This document shows, in pieces, positions 1 to 7,178 of a stretch of 64,000 bases of DNA (positions are counted from its first letter, which is position 1; every line of letters begins with the position of its first letter). Where the stretch lies: assembly GCA_902791935.1 (NCBI GenBank), contig CADAXQ010000007.1:2338-66337 (forward strand), in the 5' to 3' direction. This DNA is from an uncultured Erysipelotrichaceae bacterium (GTDB lineage Bacteria; Bacillota_I; Bacilli_A; RFN20; CAG-826). The notes under the pieces were generated by a model. That model did no database searches, was not told the DNA's origin, and was given only the letters and a program-made list of their open reading frames with translations. The position numbers and the translations under genes are program-made.

Positions 1-2334
1 CGTTTACCATTGCTTCTGGTATCGACTCTCTTCGTTTTAGCGGCTTGCCAATCTCCAGCCGAATCTTCTCTTTCTAATGACAGCGGAACGTCCTCGTCTT
101 GTACGGGGACGTCTTCCGTTTCTTCTCAAGCGGAAGAGCCGGAAAAAGATTTGGAATTAACCGCCGAAAATGTTTTGAGCACGATTACCAATGCTGTTTC
201 ATCACGGAACTACTCCATCTATCAAAAGCAGTTGGCCCACGCTGCTTCTTATACCTACATCAATGATCGCTATTACTATGCTTCGGACGCAAACGCTGGC
301 TATGTTGCGTTAGAAAGTTTCGATCCATCTTATACGAACTCAAATGAACTGATTTATTCTGTCACCTTTGAAAATAAGGCGATTGTATTGGGTTCTCCAT
401 TACTTGACGGTAATCTTTACGTTGCCGGAGACCCCTATACGAATTTGGATTCGTTTAATCCCATGCTGGCTTTGAAAGACAAAACGATTTCTGCTTCTGC
501 CTTCACGATAGACAAAGCAACCCAAACGTTAGTGACCACGAATCAAGATTTGCTTACGGCCTTTGCAACATTAACGGGTCATGCAGCGGATGCTGCCAAG
601 GGCAATTACTACCGCGTCCGTTTCACTAAAATTTCAGAAAAACACCTGTATTTCGTGCTTCAAACGTTTGATGATTCCTATCAAGTCGTCGATGCCGAAG
701 ATACGGCAGCCGTCTTACAAAACATCGGGCAATCCTCGTTTGCTCCGTTAGAAGATTATCTAAAAGATCATTATCACCTTCCGTCGAATACTTTGTCCGA
801 AGACGCAATCTCTCCATTGGTGTTCCAATCGGATGACGACGTTATCTCGTTGGATAACCATAGTGAGATGTGGCTCAATGGCGCGAAAGAAGAAGGTGGC
901 ATTTTAGCGGCAGAGAAAGTGAACCGCTCTCGCAACCGTTACGAACTGACCACCGTGGATTTAGACGCAGACACCACCCGCGTTTCCTTGGCAGAGAATC
1001 ATACGGACCGCGCCCCAACCTATATTGGATTAAACGCGAATAACGAAGTCATTGAAGAAAATTTTACTTCTTACTCTACTTGGGATAGCCGTTTCCCTCC
1101 CATCGAAGGGATTTTGGTCCCTGAACGGAAGGCGTTTCGCCAAATTGGAGACAACCAGTATCGATATTATGGCTGGAACAAGTCTTCCTTCTTTGCTTCG
1201 CTATCCCAATTAAATGGTCGTAATTCCATCCAAAATGTCGACATCTTCACGAAGGATGGAAAAGTGAATGAGATTGTCTTCACCTATCCCACGATGAAAG
1301 ACGTAGACAAGGATGGCAAATCTTTCACCTACGACGTAACGATCTATGCGGATGTGGTGGCGGATCGACCCATTATGGATGTCAAACCTTATGCCACCCG
1401 TCCATTTCATAACGTTCTAGAAAAAGCGTTCGCGCGTTTTGACGGTTCTGCTCCGTTCCAAGTGACGGCGCAAGACGATCGGACGGCCGCCATCCAATAC
1501 ACGACGTATTATGACGGCAATCATTTGCTATACAAGAACTCCTATTACACCGGTGCTGGCAATACTTCGTACACGCGTGGCTACACCAAGACGGGAGATA
1601 ACGCCTATCGTCGTTTCTTAATTGACCGGAAAGCGAATCTCAAAGCCAACGGAGCAGAAGTGAATGCTTCATTACGTTCCTTATTAACCTTCTCTTTGTC
1701 TCCTGATTTGTTTCGTAAAGTCGGGGATGGGGTTTATGAATTTGATTCGTATGTTCTGCCTTCGGTTCGTGATGGTATGATTCTTGGCACCGAAAGCAAT
1801 CTCTTCGTACCTTCTAGCTTCCGTTTGACGGTAGATGAAACGAAGGGATACGTCACAAGTGCAACCTATTCTTATACGGATAACTTATTCCATTCCGGTT
1901 CAGAAACCTTGACCTTCCTTTACGGGGATGACGTGAAGTTGTCGTCTATGACGAACTTAGACATTGATACTTTGCCCGAATGGAAGGAGCCTACCTCTTG
2001 GGGCGATGAAGGCGTCACATTTACGAACTACCTCACCCGTTATTTTGGGGATGAAGCGGCGAATGTTCCTTATGTCTATGATCCCGATATCTATGGACTT
2101 TGGGACGCGATGGATTCGACATTGGAGTTAGAGTTCTATTCCAATACCTACACGGCAGATGCGGACTCTTTCTATGCTGCTTATGAAGCAGCTTTAAAGG
2201 CAGCATCTTTTGAGGAAACTACGTTAAGTGGCATGCCTGGCGCCACCATCTATGTCAAAGGAAAGATTTCGATCCGGATGGCCAAAGTGCTACGCGGTGG
2301 CATCTATTTCTGGGAAACCGGAACGCAAAAATAA
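1..2334 (+). CDS. Large predicted lipoprotein of unknown function (5' end probably upstream of the window)
   Basis: The frame is open from base 1. A hydrophobic h-region and lipobox (LFVLAAC|QS) are followed by a Ser/Thr-rich linker (SSLSNDSGTSSSCTGTSSVSS). I recognised no catalytic motif. Confidence 0.6.
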   Translation, partial: RLPLLLVSTLFVLAACQSPAESSLSNDSGTSSSCTGTSSVSSQAEEPEKDLELTAENVLSTITNAVSSRNYSIYQKQLAHAASYTYINDRYYYASDANAGYVALESFDPSYTNSNELIYSVTFENKAIVLGSPLLDGNLYVAGDPYTNLDSFNPMLALKDKTISASAFTIDKATQTLVTTNQDLLTAFATLTGHAADAAKGNYYRVRFTKISEKHLYFVLQTFDDSYQVVDAEDTAAVLQNIGQSSFAPLEDYLKDHYHLPSNTLSEDAISPLVFQSDDDVISLDNHSEMWLNGAKEEGGILAAEKVNRSRNRYELTTVDLDADTTRVSLAENHTDRAPTYIGLNANNEVIEENFTSYSTWDSRFPPIEGILVPERKAFRQIGDNQYRYYGWNKSSFFASLSQLNGRNSIQNVDIFTKDGKVNEIVFTYPTMKDVDKDGKSFTYDVTIYADVVADRPIMDVKPYATRPFHNVLEKAFARFDGSAPFQVTAQDDRTAAIQYTTYYDGNHLLYKNSYYTGAGNTSYTRGYTKTGDNAYRRFLIDRKANLKANGAEVNASLRSLLTFSLSPDLFRKVGDGVYEFDSYVLPSVRDGMILGTESNLFVPSSFRLTVDETKGYVTSATYSYTDNLFHSGSETLTFLYGDDVKLSSMTNLDIDTLPEWKEPTSWGDEGVTFTNYLTRYFGDEAANVPYVYDPDIYGLWDAMDSTLELEFYSNTYTADADSFYAAYEAALKAASFEETTLSGMPGATIYVKGKISIRMAKVLRGGIYFWETGTQK

Positions 2335-2419
2335 AAAAAGAAAACCTCGATGGCTTCTAGGATGTAATCGCATTCATAAAGTCATCGTCTTTTTCTTTTT
2401 AAATTTGTATGAAATATAA

Positions 2420-2534
2420 AGGATGAACAGGTTAACTGGCATGGATAGCAGAGCGTAGGGGGCATTCTCACCTCTTTTGCTACGGCCATAAACCTGGAAA
2501 TCACAGGGGTAAAGCCCCGAAAGGAAATTCTTCT
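2420..2534 (+). promoter_or_regulatory. Candidate structured 5' leader of the phn-like ABC operon
   Basis: Nested complementary segments: caggtt 2428-2433 / aacctg 2491-2496, tggc 2437-2440 / gcca 2485-2488, cgtag 2454-2458 / ctacg 2480-2484. A hairpin gggg-taaag-cccc (2506-2518) lies just before the RBS aaagga. It matched no known riboswitch class. Confidence 0.25.
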
Positions 2535-3827
2535 ATGAAGAAAAACATCAAACTCCTCATCGCTGGTGGTGCACTTTTTGTCACTACATTAGCCTCCTGC
2601 AGCAGCGGCACTGGTAACGCCATTGACGCCACCGTACCGGATCTTCCCGCCAACGCGTATGTTTATCGTGGCCAACAATCCAGCACGAAAGTCATGTTCT
2701 ATAGCGCTGTCATCTACACGCTTCGTGATGAAGCCCGTGCTTACATCGGCAAGAGCAAATTCGGTATCAAAGCAGGTGATGATGAAGACACCATGCTTAA
2801 GAAACTCCACGACGCGAACGCTGTCTGGGGCCACATGTCGACTACTTCCTCGGCTGGCTATGTCTATCCGACTTATTACCTCTATCAACATGGCTATACG
2901 CTTGGTTTCAAGACGCGTAGCGAATATAACGCCCTTTCTGATGCCGACAAGGCAAAAGCCGTTATCGGTGTGGAACAAGGCACCTATCCGGATGGTGTTG
3001 ATGGCTTGATGACGGGCACCTTTGACGTCACCTGCGGCTTCATGGATACCCGTTATGGCAGTGCCTATGTGCAAGATGGTGGCAAATACCACAACAACGA
3101 AAAACTCTTCAAGAACACCTATACCATCGCCATCACGGACCCGATCATGAACGACACCGTTTCGATTCGTTCTTCGTTAAGCGATGCGAAACGCGAAGCC
3201 ATCAAGACTGCCTTCAAAGCTGCTGTTCAAGATGGAACCAAAGACCAAGAAGGCACTGGCGCATACCTTTTGTATCAAATCTATAGCCACACTGGTTATG
3301 TGGACGCGAAAGATTCTGATTATGATTCCGCGAAAAACATGTATGTCTGGTCTGAAAAGCAAAAAGGCAACGATGTCACCATCCCGACCAATGTGACTTG
3401 GGATACGAAAGACACCACGGATTCCGACACCACTATCAAGATTCAGTTGGTTCCTTCTAACGATGCGCAAACGTTGGAAAACCGTGCGAAAGCGTTACAA
3501 CCAATCTTGAAGAAACTTTCTGGCGGCACTTATGACTTCCAAATCACCGTCGGTACCTCCGAAGGCGGCTATGAAGTTCCGACCCAAGCCTTGGTGGCTG
3601 GTCAAACCGATGCCGTGTTCCTTCCAGCAGCCTCTTATGCTTCCGCTTTCGTGAGTCATCCAGGAAAAGTCGAAGTCTTGCTCTCTGCGGCCCGTGCGGG
3701 TTACAAAGTCCAAGCCGATGACTTCGCCGGCAATAGCTCCAGCGAAATGTTCGATGCTGCCCACAAGATCCTTCAACGCAAAGCCATGAACGGCGAAGTT
3801 GATGCGAACGGCAAAGACCTCTATTAA
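2535..3827 (+). CDS. PhnD-family (phosphonate/p37-like) ABC substrate-binding lipoprotein
   Basis: Signal peptide with lipobox LASC|SS. PhnD-like motifs are present (MSTTSSAGYVYP, ITDPIMNDTVSIR, IKIQLVPS...GQTDAVFLPAASY). It is followed by phnC- and phnE-like genes. Confidence 0.75.
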   Translation: MKKNIKLLIAGGALFVTTLASCSSGTGNAIDATVPDLPANAYVYRGQQSSTKVMFYSAVIYTLRDEARAYIGKSKFGIKAGDDEDTMLKKLHDANAVWGHMSTTSSAGYVYPTYYLYQHGYTLGFKTRSEYNALSDADKAKAVIGVEQGTYPDGVDGLMTGTFDVTCGFMDTRYGSAYVQDGGKYHNNEKLFKNTYTIAITDPIMNDTVSIRSSLSDAKREAIKTAFKAAVQDGTKDQEGTGAYLLYQIYSHTGYVDAKDSDYDSAKNMYVWSEKQKGNDVTIPTNVTWDTKDTTDSDTTIKIQLVPSNDAQTLENRAKALQPILKKLSGGTYDFQITVGTSEGGYEVPTQALVAGQTDAVFLPAASYASAFVSHPGKVEVLLSAARAGYKVQADDFAGNSSSEMFDAAHKILQRKAMNGEVDANGKDLY

Positions 3828-3886
3828 TCTCTTCCTCTTTTGTTGAATTCACAATCGTGAACACCACGGTTGCCGGAGATGTCCCT

Positions 3887-4786
3887 ATGATCGAAATCAA
3901 GAATGTAACCAAAGTATATCCCAATGGATTTACGGCTTTGAAAAACGTCAATTTGACGATTCAAGACGGCGAATTCGTCTCGATTATTGGGCTCTCCGGC
4001 GCCGGGAAGAGCACACTTATCCGCTGCATCAACCGGATGCACGAAATCACGGAAGGGCAAATCCTGATTCCCAATCCTGTGATTTATGAGATGACGCCAG
4101 AGCAACGCGAGCAATATGATGCGGTGCAAGCGGACCCTTCGTTAGCAGAAGCGGACCCTTCCTTAAAACGTCTTCTCAACATTCCTTCGAAAGTCGACAT
4201 CTCCAAATTGAAAGGCAAGAAGTTACGGCAAGCCCGTAAGAATATCGGTATGATCTTCCAGTCTTTCAATTTGGTGAAACGTTCCACGGTCTATAAAAAT
4301 GTCTTGGCAGGCCGTGTTGGTTATCACAACACCTTTGAAACGATGTTCGGCATTTATACCAAAGAAGAAAAGATGTTGGCGTTACGAAATATGGAAAAGC
4401 TTGGCATCTTGGATAAAGCTTATGTCCGCGCCGACCAACTTTCTGGCGGCCAACAACAACGGGTTGCTTTAGCCCGTGCGTTAACGCAAGAATCTCATTT
4501 GATTCTGGCCGATGAACCGGTTGCCTCTTTGGACCCAGTGACCACCATCAGCGTGATGGATGACTTCACCCGTATTAACAAAACGGGCATCACCATTCTC
4601 GCCAACATGCACCACGTGGACTTAGCCAAACGTTATTCCACCCGCATTATCGGCATCCGAGCTGGAGAAGTGGTTTATGATGGACCTGCCTCCGAAGTCA
4701 CGGATGAAGTGACCATGAAAATTTATGGCCGCGCATTAAACAAAAACGAAAATCTCGGTATTGAAGAAGGCGGTGTAGCCCAATGA
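3887..4786 (+). CDS. phnC: ABC transporter ATP-binding protein, PhnC family
   Basis: MIEIKNVTKVY start; Walker A GLSGAGKST; signature LSGGQQQRVALARAL; Walker B LILADEP. ATG 3887 has ggag 9 nt upstream, and the ORF-track GTG at 3857 is less likely. The stop overlaps the next start (ATGA). Confidence 0.85.
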   Translation: MIEIKNVTKVYPNGFTALKNVNLTIQDGEFVSIIGLSGAGKSTLIRCINRMHEITEGQILIPNPVIYEMTPEQREQYDAVQADPSLAEADPSLKRLLNIPSKVDISKLKGKKLRQARKNIGMIFQSFNLVKRSTVYKNVLAGRVGYHNTFETMFGIYTKEEKMLALRNMEKLGILDKAYVRADQLSGGQQQRVALARALTQESHLILADEPVASLDPVTTISVMDDFTRINKTGITILANMHHVDLAKRYSTRIIGIRAGEVVYDGPASEVTDEVTMKIYGRALNKNENLGIEEGGVAQ

Positions 4787-5688
4787 GCAGCGATTCTGAA
4801 GCAACGGAAAAACCATCGTTAAAGGAACGCCTGCGCTATCGCACCGTCACCGTTGATTTGTCTCCTAATCAAGACGGATCCATGGTTCGTTCCATCCAAA
4901 AGCCGCGGCATTTGGGACGGTACTTATCGGCATTGATTGCCATCGTTATCCTTGTTCTTTGCTTTTTCTCCATTGATTATTCGACGTTCCAAGGCTTTAA
5001 ATGGGACCAATTAGGTGCCATTTTCCACGACATGTTTAACCCGCTTCCCGCCTCGTTAAAGACCTGGGATGCGTATTGGTCTTACATGTGGGGCGAAGCC
5101 ATCCGTGCCATCTGGACCACGAATGAAATGTGCTTTATCGGCGTCATCTTAGGCGCGGTCATTTCAATTCCTATCTATTATCTTTGCGCTAGCAACATTA
5201 ACCACAATCGCATTTTACGTGGCATTTTCCGCGTGATTAACGATGTTCTCCGTACGATTCCTCAAATGGTGATGGCCTTAATCTTACGGTTGTTCTTTGG
5301 GCCGACATTAGTGACCGGCATTGCCTCTATCATCATCTTCACGTTGGGCATTATGTATCAGTTAATGTACCAATACATTGAAACATTGGAGCTGTCTCCT
5401 TTTGAAGCCATTCGGAGTAACGGCGGCAATACGATGCAGTGCATTCGTTTAAGCGTGCATCCGGAAGTGCAACCCATGTTCTTTGCTAATTTGCTTTACA
5501 CGTTTGAAATCAACATCCGCGCTTCGGTCATCTTAGGTTATGTCGGTGCCGGTGGTTATGGCTTCTTATTAAAGACAAACTTCGGTTCCGGCTATTATGA
5601 CAAGATTGGCGCCATGATGATTCCACTTTTTGTTGAAGTCATCATCTTACAGATTATTTCGAATGCCATGGGGAGGAAATCGCGATGA
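4783..5688 (+). CDS. phnE: ABC permease, PhnE family (first copy)
   Basis: Multi-pass membrane protein with a PhnE-like EAA region (LELSPFEAIRSNGGN). It is translationally coupled on both sides. Confidence 0.8.
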   Translation: MSSDSEATEKPSLKERLRYRTVTVDLSPNQDGSMVRSIQKPRHLGRYLSALIAIVILVLCFFSIDYSTFQGFKWDQLGAIFHDMFNPLPASLKTWDAYWSYMWGEAIRAIWTTNEMCFIGVILGAVISIPIYYLCASNINHNRILRGIFRVINDVLRTIPQMVMALILRLFFGPTLVTGIASIIIFTLGIMYQLMYQYIETLELSPFEAIRSNGGNTMQCIRLSVHPEVQPMFFANLLYTFEINIRASVILGYVGAGGYGFLLKTNFGSGYYDKIGAMMIPLFVEVIILQIISNAMGRKSR

Positions 5689-6596
5689 AACTCACCTTTG
5701 GTATCGGCGCCATTGCTTTGCTTGTGGCCGCCATCGCCATGGCGATTTATGAGTATTTGCGTTATCGGCAGGCCAAACATTATCCCGATGCCGAGAGCGC
5801 CTATCATAACCGCCCTTTAACTTGGTTAACCGATCTCTTCTTTTTCTTGGCCTTAATTGCCGCCTTTGTATTCCTTCATTTTGACTTAAACATGAACGAT
5901 GAATTCAGTGTCAGCGGTAACCCCAAACAGGGCTTCTATAACTTAGGATTGCTCTTCCAGCCGGACTGGGAATTCTTCTTCGGTTATGGCCAATATCAAT
6001 TTAGCGAAAGTGTCATTTGGTTCATCATTAAAACGTTTGGCATCTCGTATATTGGCACCATCATTGCCTCCATCTTAGCCATTCCGTTTGGCTTATTGGC
6101 CTCCCATAAGTTATTCGGCAATGTGGCTTGGCCTTTCGAAATCATATTAATTGCCATTCGTACGGTTCCAGAACTTATCTTCGCGTTAATTCTCATTCGT
6201 TTCACGGGATTTAGCTATGTCTCTGGCATTTTGGTTATCGGCATTCATTCTATCGGCATGATCGGTAAGCTTTATGCTGACCAAGTGGATGGCATTCAGC
6301 AAGAACCGGTAGAAGGGGTACTTTCTTGTGGGGCAGGCAGATGGCAACAAATCCATTTGGCCGTCATGCCTCAGGTGTTACCAAACTTTATCTCCGTGGC
6401 GTTATATCGTTTCGATATCAATGTCCGTACCGCCACGATTCTTGGGGTTGTTTTGGGATCTGAAGGTGGCATTGGTTACTATCTTTCTACGGTGGCCTCG
6501 CATTATCACAAACTCGGTTCTTGTGTGCTTGGCATCGTTATCTTAGTCGTTGTGATTAACGTGGTTTCGAGCTGGCTAAGAAAGAAGCTCGTCTAA
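5685..6596 (+). CDS. phnE: ABC permease, PhnE family (second copy)
   Basis: Multi-pass membrane protein and paralog of the preceding permease (VEGVLSCGAGRWQQIHLAVMPQVLPNF). The overlaps are ATGA upstream and TAATG downstream. Confidence 0.8.
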   Translation: MKLTFGIGAIALLVAAIAMAIYEYLRYRQAKHYPDAESAYHNRPLTWLTDLFFFLALIAAFVFLHFDLNMNDEFSVSGNPKQGFYNLGLLFQPDWEFFFGYGQYQFSESVIWFIIKTFGISYIGTIIASILAIPFGLLASHKLFGNVAWPFEIILIAIRTVPELIFALILIRFTGFSYVSGILVIGIHSIGMIGKLYADQVDGIQQEPVEGVLSCGAGRWQQIHLAVMPQVLPNFISVALYRFDINVRTATILGVVLGSEGGIGYYLSTVASHYHKLGSCVLGIVILVVVINVVSSWLRKKLV

Positions 6597-7075
6597 TGAA
6601 ACAACTCATTTTAATGGCAGGTATCCCAGGAAGCGGGAAGTCCACCTGGTGCCATGAATATCAGAAAACCCATCCGAACGTTTTTATCATCGATACCGAT
6701 GAGACGCGGAAGAAAATCACGGGATCCTATTTGATTTTTCCAGAACATATGGAAGTCATCTTTGATGAAATGATTCGGGAAAGCAATGAGATTTTTAAAA
6801 ATACTCCAGGCGATTGTACCGTCATTGAAGACTCGATTTTCTTAGAAGATTATCGTCGTAACTACTATATGGACCGCTTAAAAGGGTATGACCGTTCCCT
6901 TTTGTTCATGGTTAAGATGCATGATTATTCGATTTGTTACCGACAAAATCGGATGCGGCCCAAAGACAAATGGGTCCCTGATGACGTGATTGATCGGATG
7001 ATTCAACAATACGTAGACCCGTCCCCTGAAACAGCAAAGCGGTTTGACGAAGTCCGTGTCGAATACTGGAACTAA
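6596..7075 (+). CDS. P-loop kinase (AAA_33 / polynucleotide-kinase-like)
   Basis: Walker A GIPGSGKSTW is followed by IIDTDETRKK (a T4-Pnk-like Asp/Arg). The protein is 159 aa. Its start overlaps the phnE stop (TAATG). Confidence 0.65.
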   Translation: MKQLILMAGIPGSGKSTWCHEYQKTHPNVFIIDTDETRKKITGSYLIFPEHMEVIFDEMIRESNEIFKNTPGDCTVIEDSIFLEDYRRNYYMDRLKGYDRSLLFMVKMHDYSICYRQNRMRPKDKWVPDDVIDRMIQQYVDPSPETAKRFDEVRVEYWN

Positions 7076-7141
7076 TTCTTAACAAAAATCAGCATTCCGT
7101 AAAAAATAAGCCTCCTCTTCTTAAAAGAAGAGGTCTTTTTG

Positions 7142-7169
7142 TTGCATCGATGATTTTTCCACGTAAAAT
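7142..7169 (+). promoter_or_regulatory. Sigma-70-type promoter for the activase operon (leaderless configuration)
   Basis: TTGCAT 7142-7147, a 16-nt spacer, then TAAAAT 7164-7169. The ATG at 7179 is only 9 nt downstream, with no Shine-Dalgarno. Confidence 0.45.
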
Positions 7170-7178
7170 TCGTTTGTT

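Noticed and set aside
2420-2534. TPP riboswitch upstream of the p37/PhnD-like operon.
   Set aside because: Only a loose resemblance to the P4/P5 half is present (CUGG...GC.AG.GCGUAGGG). The conserved CUGAGA-containing half is absent, so I list the region only as an unassigned structured leader.
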